Below the pieces are notes generated by a model. The model made no database searches and was not told where the DNA came from. It saw only the letters and a program-made list of their open reading frames with translations. Positions 37,254 to 45,921 of a stretch of DNA of 64,000 nucleotides are shown one piece after another. The DNA is from an uncultured Solirubrobacterales bacterium (GTDB taxonomy: Bacteria; Actinomycetota; Thermoleophilia; Solirubrobacterales; 70-9): positions 111,307 through 175,306 of the forward strand of contig CAWDNP010000012.1 in the NCBI GenBank assembly GCA_963803755.1. Direction: 5' to 3'. A program made the position numbers and the translations under genes. The stretch's first letter is position 1, and every line of letters begins with the position of its first letter.

Positions 37254-38282
37254 ATGCGTATCGGCGTGCTCACCGGTGGGGGCGATTGCCCAGGGCTGAA
37301 CGCGGTGATCAGGGCGATTGTCCGTAAGGGGGTCGGCCAGTACGGGCACGAGTTCGTCGGTTACCAGGATGGCTGGCGTGGGCCGCTCGAGGGTGATCAC
37401 CGCCCACTCGGGGTGCCCGAGGTGCGCGGCATCCTGCCGCGCGGCGGCACCATTCTCGGATCTTCGCGAACCAACCCTTTCGCCGTAGACGGCGGGCCGG
37501 CGCGGATCGGCGAGAATCTGGCGGCGGCGGGAGTCGAGGGCCTAATCGTGATCGGCGGTGAGGACACGCTCGGCGCTGCCTTGCGCCTGCACGAACAGGC
37601 CGAGATCAAGGTCGTCGGCGTGCCGAAGACGATCGATAACGATCTCAGTGCCACCGACTACACGTTCGGCTTCGACACCGCCGTCAACATCGCGATGGAG
37701 GCAATCGACCGCCTCCACACCACCGCCGACAGCCACCACCGAGTGCTGATCGTCGAGGTGATGGGACGCAGCGCGGGTTGGATCGCCTTTCACGCAGGTC
37801 TTGCCGGCGGCGCCAACGTGATCCTCATCCCCGAGCGGCGCTTCGACATCGAGCGGGTCTGCGAGCTGGTTGGGAGGCGCTTCGAAAGCCACTTTGCCCC
37901 GATCGTGGTCGTCGCTGAGGGAGCTCAGCCGCAGGGTGGCGTGCCGGGGCCCGACGAGGGACAGCTGGACGCCTTCGGCCACGTGCGCCTCGGCGGCATC
38001 GCCCGTTGGCTTGAGGGCGAGATCGAGCGGCGCACCGGTAAGGAGACTCGCGCGACGGTGCTCGGGCACGTGCAGCGCGGTGGCACCCCGACCGCCTTTG
38101 ATCGGGTGTTGGCGACTCGCTTCGGCCTGCACGCGATTGATGCCGTCAACGCTCAGCGTTGGGGGACGATGACCGCTCTGCGGGGAACCGACATCCGGCT
38201 CGTCCAGCTCACCGAGGCGATCGCGGAGCTGAAACTCGTCTCCGGTTCCCTATTCGGAGAGGCCGAGGTATTTTTCGGCTGA
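37254..38282 (+). CDS. pfkA: 6-phosphofructokinase (actinobacterial type; ATP versus PPi specificity not determinable here)
   Basis: GVLTGGGDCPGLNAVIR, IGGEDTLG, PKTIDND and MGRSAGWIA motifs. Confidence 0.9.
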   Translation: MRIGVLTGGGDCPGLNAVIRAIVRKGVGQYGHEFVGYQDGWRGPLEGDHRPLGVPEVRGILPRGGTILGSSRTNPFAVDGGPARIGENLAAAGVEGLIVIGGEDTLGAALRLHEQAEIKVVGVPKTIDNDLSATDYTFGFDTAVNIAMEAIDRLHTTADSHHRVLIVEVMGRSAGWIAFHAGLAGGANVILIPERRFDIERVCELVGRRFESHFAPIVVVAEGAQPQGGVPGPDEGQLDAFGHVRLGGIARWLEGEIERRTGKETRATVLGHVQRGGTPTAFDRVLATRFGLHAIDAVNAQRWGTMTALRGTDIRLVQLTEAIAELKLVSGSLFGEAEVFFG

Positions 38283-38313
38283 ACGGCACTGCGCCGCGGC
38301 TGTCGCCCTCCTT

Positions 38314-38781
38314 GTGCCTATTGCCGCGCTCGGTGGCTGTGGAGCGGGGAGCGGGGTGTCCCAGGGCGCGACGCTGACTGTCTATGTCAGCGCGCCGCTG
38401 CACGGCACGCGGGCGGCTGCTGGGAGGGCGATGTGTGTCGGGGCTCGCCGGGAACTTGCCCGCAGCGGTGGTCGGGCCGGGCCCCTCCGCGTCCGAGCCG
38501 TCTGCCTCGATGACACCGGGGGCGGTGGGAGGTGGAGCCTCGCCGCAGTTGGCGCCGACGCGCGCCGCGCCTCTGAGGACTCGACGTCGGTCGGCTACAT
38601 CGGTGAGCTCGATCCCGCCGCGACGCGCTTCTCGCGGCCGATCCTCGATGCCGCCGGGATCGCGCAGGTCACGGGTCCGTCTGGCCGCGCGGCGATGGCG
38701 ACCCTGCTGAAGGCGATCCGGGAAACAGGGGGATCTGGCGAAGTGAGAGAAGCCGTGCGCGACAGCGTCAGCCAGCGTTAG
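38314..38781 (+). pseudogene. Possible remnant of a periplasmic solute-binding lipoprotein (LivK/type-I PBP-like), truncated
   Basis: A lipobox-like LGGC is followed by TLTVYVSAPLHG...VRAVCLDD...VGYIGELDPAATRFSRPILDAAGIAQV, resembling the first ~120 aa of branched-chain amino-acid-type binding proteins. Only 155 aa, with no adequate signal peptide upstream of the first start. Confidence 0.3.
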
Positions 38782-39685
38782 CCAGCAGGTCCCGCAGCGC
38801 CTCGTCGAGGTCGGGGTGGCGGAACTCATAGCCGAGGTCCCGCGTCCGCCGCGGTGCCACCCGCTGACCCCCCTTCAGCACCGCTGCGAACTCGCTACCG
38901 AACATCAGGTCGAGGGCGAAGCCGGGCACGGGGATCACGGCGGGGCGCCCGAGCGCGCGCCCGAGCGCCTTTGACAACTCGCGGTTGGTGACCGGGTTGG
39001 GCGCTGTCGAGTTGACGGCGCCGCTCACCTTCACCTCATCGAGCGCCCAGAGCAGAATCCCGACCTCGTCCTCGATGTGGATCCAGGACATGTACTGCCC
39101 ACCGCCGGCGATCGGACCGCCGATTCCGAGCTTAAACGGTGTCAAGAGCTGGCCCAGCAGCCCGCCACCGGGATCGAGCACATGTCCGGTTCGGACCACG
39201 ACGAGGCGCACGCCGCTGCCCTCGATCTCGTGCGCTGCCTTCTCCCACTCCTGCACTACCTCGGCATCGAAGCCGCCGCCCGGTTCGGCCGACTCGTCGA
39301 TGATCGCCTCGCCGCGGTCGCCGTAGTAGCCGATCGCCGACTGGTTGACCAGCACCGCGGGCTTGCGCTTCAGTGAGACGATCGCCCCCACCAGGTTGTG
39401 GGTGCCGGTGCGGCGACTCTCCATGATCCGGCGCTTGGCGTCATCGGTCCAGCGCTGGTTGATCTTCTCGCCGAGCAGGTTGACAATCCCATCGACGCCC
39501 TCAAAGGCCGCAGCCGGAGGTCGTTCAAGGGTTGGCTCCCAAGCGTGCCAGGCGACCCTCGGATTCGTTCGGCGCGCCCGCTCGGGAGCGCGCGTTAACC
39601 CCACCACCTCCTCGCCTCCGACCAGCAGAGCGTCGCAGAGCGCCCGCCCGATGAAGCCGCTGGCTCCGGTGATGAGGACCTTCAC
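38768..39685 (-). CDS. TIGR01777/YfcH-family NAD-dependent epimerase-like protein (SDR with DUF1731 C-terminus)
   Basis: MKVLITGASGFIGRAL Rossmann motif and GGGQYMSWIHIEDEVGILLWAL, 305 aa. Confidence 0.8.
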   Translation of the reverse strand: MKVLITGASGFIGRALCDALLVGGEEVVGLTRAPERARRTNPRVAWHAWEPTLERPPAAAFEGVDGIVNLLGEKINQRWTDDAKRRIMESRRTGTHNLVGAIVSLKRKPAVLVNQSAIGYYGDRGEAIIDESAEPGGGFDAEVVQEWEKAAHEIEGSGVRLVVVRTGHVLDPGGGLLGQLLTPFKLGIGGPIAGGGQYMSWIHIEDEVGILLWALDEVKVSGAVNSTAPNPVTNRELSKALGRALGRPAVIPVPGFALDLMFGSEFAAVLKGGQRVAPRRTRDLGYEFRHPDLDEALRDLLANAG

Positions 39686-41148
39686 GAGGGGGGCGGGACC
39701 TCCACGGTTGAGAAGGTGCCCGTCTCCTCGCTGAATCGGGCGATGCCGGCGCGCTTGGCCTCCTCGACCACCGCCTGCGCGACTTTCGGCGCGACGTCGC
39801 GGTTAAAGACGCTGGGGATGATGTAGTCCTCGGAGAGGTCACCCTCGGTGACCACCTCTGCGATCCCTTTGGCGGCTGCCAACTTCATCTCCTCGGTGAT
39901 CCGCGGGGCGCCGGCGTCGAGGGCACCTCGGAAGATGCCGGGGAAGCAGAGCACGTTGTTGATCTGGTTAGGGTAATCAGAGCGCCCGGTGGCCATTATC
40001 CGCACGTAGGGGGCGGCGTCCTCTGGCATCACCTCGGGGTTGGGGTTGGCCATCGCGAAGACGATCGCATCGTCGTTCATCTTGCCAAGCGCCTCCGCCG
40101 GGATGATCCCCGGGCCTGAGAGCCCGATGAAGAGGTCCATGCCCTCGATCACGTCGGCGGGCTGGCCAGAGAGCCTCTCAGGGTTGGAGCTCTCCGCGTA
40201 CCAGCGCTTGATCGAGCTCATCTCGCCCGACACGTAGTCCTCGCGTTCGGTCGAGAGCGCGCCGCGGCGGTCGCAGCCGACGATGTGGGTGACGCCGGAG
40301 GCGAGCATCATCTTGGTCACCGCGACGCCGGCGGCGCCGAGCCCGACCACCAGTACCCGCAGCTCCTCGATCGGCTTGCCGACGATCTTCAGCGCGTTGA
40401 ACAGCGCCGCCACCACCACCACCGCGGTGCCGTGCTGGTCGTCGTGGAAGACCGGGATGTCGATCGACTCCTTCAACCTGTCCTCGATCTCAAAGCAGCG
40501 CGGGGCGGAGATGTCCTCGAGGTTGATGCCGCCGAAGGTCGGGGCGATCAGTTCCACCGCCTTGACGATCTCATCGGCGTTCTGGGTGTCGAGGCAGATC
40601 GGGAAGGCGTCGACTCCGGCGAACTCCTTGAACAGCATCGCCTTGCCCTCCATTACCGGCATCGCCGCCTCTGGCCCGATGTTGCCCAGCCCCAGCACGG
40701 CGCTGCCGTCAGAGACGACCGCGACCGTGTTCTTCTTAATCGTGTACTCGAAGGCCTTGGCGCGGTCGGCGTGGATGTCCTGACATACACGGGCGACGCC
40801 GGGCGTGTAGGCCATCGAGAGGTCGTCGCGCGTCTTCAGCGGGTACTTGTTGTGCAGCTCGATCTTGCCGCCACGGTGCATCTGCATCGTGCGGTCGACG
40901 TAGTCGAGCACCTTGGCGCCCCGGGTCGAGCCGATCGCCCGCAGAATCCGCTCCCAGTGCTCGCGGTCTTGGGCGTCGATCGTGAACTCGCGCACCCTTT
41001 TGCCCTCGCTTCCGGCGCCAGGTACCAGGTCCACGCCCTGCAGCTGCCCGCCCGCCTCGGCGATCACGGCGGTCAGCTTCCCGAGCGGCTCCTGCCGCGC
41101 GTCGAGCTCGACCCGGATCGTGACGCTGTACTGGGCGCTTACGGCCAT
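39682..41148 (-). CDS. NAD(P)-dependent malic enzyme with N-terminal ACT-like domain
   Basis: SMAYTPGVARVC, VVSDGSAVLGLGNIGP, FGGINLEDISAP and VVGLGAAGVA. The first ~75 aa (YSVTIRVELDARQEPLGKLTAVIAEAGG) are ACT-like. Start ATG 41148 is internal to the track ORF. Confidence 0.88.
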   Translation of the reverse strand: MAVSAQYSVTIRVELDARQEPLGKLTAVIAEAGGQLQGVDLVPGAGSEGKRVREFTIDAQDREHWERILRAIGSTRGAKVLDYVDRTMQMHRGGKIELHNKYPLKTRDDLSMAYTPGVARVCQDIHADRAKAFEYTIKKNTVAVVSDGSAVLGLGNIGPEAAMPVMEGKAMLFKEFAGVDAFPICLDTQNADEIVKAVELIAPTFGGINLEDISAPRCFEIEDRLKESIDIPVFHDDQHGTAVVVVAALFNALKIVGKPIEELRVLVVGLGAAGVAVTKMMLASGVTHIVGCDRRGALSTEREDYVSGEMSSIKRWYAESSNPERLSGQPADVIEGMDLFIGLSGPGIIPAEALGKMNDDAIVFAMANPNPEVMPEDAAPYVRIMATGRSDYPNQINNVLCFPGIFRGALDAGAPRITEEMKLAAAKGIAEVVTEGDLSEDYIIPSVFNRDVAPKVAQAVVEEAKRAGIARFSEETGTFSTVEVPPPS

Positions 41149-41230
41149 GGTGGCTATCGAATCAGATTCGGCCCGCCCGCCTGTGGCCGCCCGGAGAGTC
41201 GCTGCCCCACGAACTAGGATCGGGGTACCG

Positions 41231-41663
41231 ATGAACCTGGGATTCCTCATCCTCGCCGACTCGAGCGAGGCGATCAACGGCAAGGTCTACGCTCTCGGCG
41301 CGGGCTGGAACGAGCTGCGCCTCCCGTCGCTGCCACTGGAATACTCCTTCAGCATCGCCCTCGCCGTCGACGTTCCGTGGAGCGAAACCAACCGTCGCCA
41401 CGCGCTCTCTCTTCACGTCCAGGGCCCCGACGGTGAGGTGATCGGCGAGGAGTTCACGATGGAGTTCGAGGCCGGCCGGCCCCCCGGCAGCGTCGAGGGC
41501 GCCGACCAGCGCATCGTCGTCTCCCTTGGCCACCAACCTCGCCTTCTCAACGACCGGCCCCCACGCGGCGGTGATCAGCGTCGGCGAGGAGGAGATAGGC
41601 CGCAGCCGCTTCTACGTGCGTGAGGTCCCCCAGGAGATCACGCCGCCGGAGTTGCTGCAGTAG
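41231..41663 (+). pseudogene. Conserved-looking hypothetical protein (~143 aa), frame broken as sequenced near 41526-41529
   Basis: MNLGFLILADSSEAINGKVYALGAGWN...QRIVVSL lies in one frame. A protein-like continuation ATNLAFSTTGPHAAVISVGEEEIGRSRFYVREVPQEITPPELLQ* lies in the +1 frame and ends at TAG 41661-41663, overlapping the polA GTG. Confidence 0.5.
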
Positions 41664-44285
41664 TGGGTGACGGGCGCGAGCTCTTCCTGATCGATGGGAA
41701 TTCCCTCGCCTACCGGGCGTTCTTCGCGCTGCCGGAGTCGATTGGGACCAGCGACGGGCGGCCGACTAATGCGATCTACGGGCTGGCGTCGATGCTGGTC
41801 AAGATCATCGCCGAGCACCGACCGGCCGGGGTGATTGTCGCCTGGGACGCGGGGATGTCGGGGCGGGAGGTCACCTACGATCTTTACAAGGCGCAGCGAC
41901 CGCCCCGCCCCGACCTGCTCTCCGAGCAGTGGCCGCACCTGATGCCGCTGGTCGAGGCCTTCGGCTACGCCAACGTCAGGGTCGAGGGGTATGAGGCCGA
42001 CGACGTGATCGCCTCGCTCGCCAGGCAGGCGCGCGAGGAGGGGATCGCGGTGATGATCGTCTCCGGCGACCGCGACGTCTACCAGCTGGTCGGCGAGGGG
42101 GTGCGGGTAATGAGCACCTCGCGCGGCATCACCGAGACCAAGGTCTATGACCGTGAGGCGGTGATCGAGCGCTACGGTGTGGCGCCCGAGCTGGTTCCCG
42201 ACCTGATCGGGCTGAAGGGCGACAGCTCCGACAACATTCCCGGCGTTCCCGGGATCGGGGAGAAGACCGCGTCCCAGTTACTGCAGAAATTCGGCTCGCT
42301 GGAGGGGGTGCTGGCCAGCGTCGGGGAGGTCTCCGGCGCAAAACGCAAGCAGAACCTGCTCGAGCACGCCGAGGACGCCCGCGTTCTCAAAGCGGCTCGC
42401 GACGGTGATCGCCGAGATCGATACGGGTGTCGACCTGGGCGAGGTGATGGCCACCGAGCCCGATCGAGGTGTCCTGCGCGACTTCATGCGCGAGTTCGAG
42501 CTGAGGGCGGTGATGGAGCGACTCGAAGAAGCCCTCCCCGAGGGCGAGGCGGTACCCGGCCGCAGCGTCGAGAGGGAGCTGGAGGTGGAGACCGTGGAGG
42601 GGACGCCCGCCGATCTGACCGACGGCCCGGTGGCCCTGGCGATCGAGGGCGAGCGCTGGGCCGCCGCTGGCGATCGCGTCCTCGTCGGCAGCTCGACCCT
42701 GGACGAGCTCGTCGTGGCCCTGGTCGCACGCCCGATCCTCGCCCACGACGCTAAGTCTCTCGGCGGAGGCCGTCATGGCCTGCTCGCTGCGGCCGCCCGC
42801 GGGGGGGTCGAGCTTGACCTCGCCCACGACACGATGATTGCCGCCTATCTGCTGGAGCCCCAGCGCCGAACCTATGAGCTGATCGAGCTGGCCGCCGACG
42901 CCGGGATCGGCATCGCCGGGTCCGCGTCTGAGGACCGGGGTGATGGGGCGGACGGACAGCTCGCGTTGGGCGAGGAGGGCGAGGCAGGTCTGGACCCGGC
43001 CGAGGAGGCGCGCCTCGTCTGTGCGCTGGGGGACGCTCAGCGGCCGCGGATCGAGGGGCTCGACCTGAAGCCCCTGTTGCGTGGGGTCGAGCTGCCGCTG
43101 GTCCACGTGCTGGCGGCGATGGAGCGGGAGGGGCTGAAGCTCGACGCCGAGCGCCTCGCCGAGGTCGGCACCGGCTTCGGCGAGCGGATCTCCACGCTGG
43201 AGAGGGAGATCTTCGAGCTGGCTGGGCACGAGTTCACGATCGGCTCCCCGCAGCAGGTCGGCCAGGTCCTCTTCGAAGAGCTCGGCCTGTCCCGCAAGCG
43301 CCGCGGCAAGACCGGCTTCTCGACCGACGCCCGCGTCCTTGCCCAGATCCGCGATGAGCACGAGATCGTCGAGAAGATCGAGTCCTGGCGCGAGCTGACC
43401 AAGCTGAAGAACACCTACCTGGACTCGCTGCCAGACCTGATCGATCCCGAGACCGGCCGCATCCACACCACCTTCAATCAGACCACAGCCGCCACCGGCC
43501 GCCTCTCCAGCACCAACCCCAACCTACAGAACATCCCGATCCGCACCGAGCTGGGCCGCCCCGTCCGCGCCTGCTTTGTCGCCGAGCGCGGCGCCCGACT
43601 GCTCTCGGCCGACTACAGCCAGGTCGAGCTGCGCGTCCTCGCCCACGTTGCCGAGGAGGAGGTGCTGAAGGAGATCTTCAGGGCCGGCGACGACGTCCAC
43701 GCCGCTACCGCGGCCGAGGTTTTCGACATCTCCCGCGAGGAGGTCGACGTCGGCCAGCGCTCAAAGGCGAAGATGGTCAACTTCGGGATCGTCTACGGAC
43801 TGACCGGGTTCGGGCTTGCCGACCGGCTCAACATCCCGCGCAAGGAGGGCGAGGAATTCGTCGCCCGCTACCTGGAGCGCTTCCCCGCGGTTCGCGCCTT
43901 CCGCGAGGAGGTCGTCGAGCGGGCGCAGGCCGACGGCTACGTGAGGACCCTGATGGGCCGTCGCCGCGCCATCCCCGAGCTGCGCTCGGGCAACGTCAGC
44001 ACCCGCCGCCTCGGCGAGCGGCTTGCCGTCAACACGGTGATCCAGGGGACCGCCGCCGACATCATCAAGGTGGCGATGGTCCGCTGCCACCGGGCGCTGG
44101 CCGAGGCCGGGATGAGGACCCGCCTGGTCCTCCAGATCCACGACGAGCTGCTCTTCGAGGGCCCGCCAGGGGAGATGGACGACGCGGTTGAGTTGGTGCG
44201 CCGCGAGATGTGCACCGCCTACGAGCTCGACCCACCGCTCGAGGTCGACGTCGGCATCGGCAAGGACTGGCTCGATGCCAAGTGA
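41663..44285 (+). pseudogene. polA: DNA polymerase I, frame broken as sequenced near 42380-42390
   Basis: ORF 41663.. encodes the 5'-3' exonuclease domain (LFLIDGNSLAYRAFFALP...GIGEKTASQLL) and is conserved to ...NLLEHAEDA. ORF 42405..44285, in the +1 frame, continues with SKRLATVIAEIDTGVDL and carries the polymerase motifs (DYSQVELRVLAH, RSKAKMVNFGIVYG, QIHDELLFE). Confidence 0.9.
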
Positions 44286-44328
44286 TCGCGATGAGGAAGA
44301 GCGGTTGGACTCTAGAAGGGGGTTTCTA

Positions 44329-44770
44329 ATGGATCACCGGAGCCTGCTCGTCATCCTGACCGCGGGCGCGGGCGGGTTGATCGCCCTCCAGGCGCCGATC
44401 AACGCTGGCTTGGCGAGGGCGACGGGTGGTTTGCCGGCGGCGCTGGTCTCCTTCACCATCGGCGCGGTAGCCCTCGCTGCGATCGTCGTTCTCAGCGGCG
44501 AGGCGGGTGGGCTCTCCTCGACCTTCAGCGTCAGCTGGTACTACCTGCTCGGCGGTCTGCTCGGTGCCGTATACGTCGCAAACGCGCTGATCGCCGTTCT
44601 CGGTCATCGGAGCTGGCGGCGTCGCGGCGGCGACCGTCACCGGCCAACTCACCGCCGCGGTCGCGATCGATCGCCTAGGCCTGTTCGGCCTTGACCAGGT
44701 CCCGCTCAGCCCGGGACGGATTGCCGGCGTCGTACTGCTGCTGGTCGGGACGGTCTTGATTGTCCGCTGA
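44329..44770 (+). pseudogene. DUF606/YdcZ-family (DMT-like) membrane protein, frame broken as sequenced near 44602-44606
   Basis: MDHRSLLVILTAGAGGLIALQAPINAGL...YYLLGGLLGAVYVANALIAVLG lies in one frame. The family-typical end IGAGGVAAATVTGQLTAAVAIDRLGLFGLDQVPLSPGRIAGVVLLLVGTVLIVR* lies in the +1 frame (stop 44768-44770). Confidence 0.65.
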
Positions 44771-45892
44771 GGCGCCAAACTCCGGCGGGGCGATCCGCAG
44801 GTAGTGGTTGAAGGACCAGTTGACAAAGCGCTTGGACCCCATCAGACGGAGCAGCGGGCCGAGCAGGCGCGGGGGGACGTGGGGGATCAGCCGCTGGACG
44901 TGCAGCAACGAGCGGAACTTCCACTCGTGGGAATCGTTGAACTCGGCATAGCGGGCGGCGGCTGTCTCGCGACTGTGTCGACCCTCGATGACGCCGCGCA
45001 GCTCCCGGCCGAGCGCGATCCCGAAGTAGAGCGCTGTCCGGATCCCCTCGGCGGTAAGCGGAAGGCAGTGTCCGGCTGAGTCGCCAGCGAAGAAGACCCC
45101 GTCCTCGGTCGCCCCGCGCAGCTTGTGGGGTATCCAGTTGCCCTGGTAGCCGAGCCGTTCCTGCCCCAGGTCCTCGGCGAGGAGTTCGGTTGTCTCGCGG
45201 ATATGGAAGCGGGGGTCGAAGGAGCCGATGCCGATCCGCAGCTCGTCCTTAGCGGGGAAGGACCAGCCGTAGCCGGCGGGAACGTAGCGGCGGTCGATCC
45301 AGATCTCCAGATCCTCGCCGGTCCCCTTGGGGTGGACCTCCAGCCCGCGCGAGAGCGGAGCAGCGGGCGGCTGGTAGCCCTCGCCCGTGGCCAGCACCCG
45401 CCGCCAGCCGAGCGCATCGACGATCAGCGGAGAGGAGAGCAGGCCGCGGTCGGTCTCAATCTGGCTCGCGCCGTCACCGCTGGCGACGGCGCGCCCGTTC
45501 ACCTTCGCGGTCTCAAATCGCGCGTCACAGTCACTCCAGAGCAACTCGCAGAGCTCGCGGTAATCGAAGGTCGAGAAGGTCCATGGGAGGCGATAGCGAG
45601 TGTCGCCGTGGGGGGTGTGCATCAGCAGCGAGTCAAAGCGCTGGCGCTCGGCTCCCATCAGGCCCAGCTGTCGCAGCCACTCGGTTGGGACGCCGCAGGC
45701 GGAGGTCTGGCGCTCGCCGATCTCGTAGCGGTCGATGACCATCACCTCGGCCCCCGAGCCGGCCAGCTCGCGCGCCACGGCGAGTCCCGCGAAGCTCGCT
45801 CCGCAGACCAGCACGTCGTAAGTCCCGTCGAGCGGAGTCCGCTCCTGGCCACGCTTTGTCGCCCGTACCGGCATTGCGAACGATTCTGCCAT
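44675..45892 (-). CDS. FAD-dependent oxidoreductase, geranylgeranyl-reductase-like family
   Basis: Dinucleotide-binding N-terminus YDVLVCGASFAGLAVARELAGSGAEVMVIDR and FFAGDSAGHCLPLTAEGI. Start is uncertain (ATG 45892 or 45874, TTG 45937). The 3' ~96 nt overlap the convergent DUF606 gene, so the true stop is uncertain. Confidence 0.6.
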   Translation of the reverse strand: MAESFAMPVRATKRGQERTPLDGTYDVLVCGASFAGLAVARELAGSGAEVMVIDRYEIGERQTSACGVPTEWLRQLGLMGAERQRFDSLLMHTPHGDTRYRLPWTFSTFDYRELCELLWSDCDARFETAKVNGRAVASGDGASQIETDRGLLSSPLIVDALGWRRVLATGEGYQPPAAPLSRGLEVHPKGTGEDLEIWIDRRYVPAGYGWSFPAKDELRIGIGSFDPRFHIRETTELLAEDLGQERLGYQGNWIPHKLRGATEDGVFFAGDSAGHCLPLTAEGIRTALYFGIALGRELRGVIEGRHSRETAAARYAEFNDSHEWKFRSLLHVQRLIPHVPPRLLGPLLRLMGSKRFVNWSFNHYLRIAPPEFGASADNQDRPDQQQYDAGNPSRAERDLVKAEQA

Positions 45893-45921
45893 TATTCGCC
45901 GCCGTGTCCGCCACCGACACA

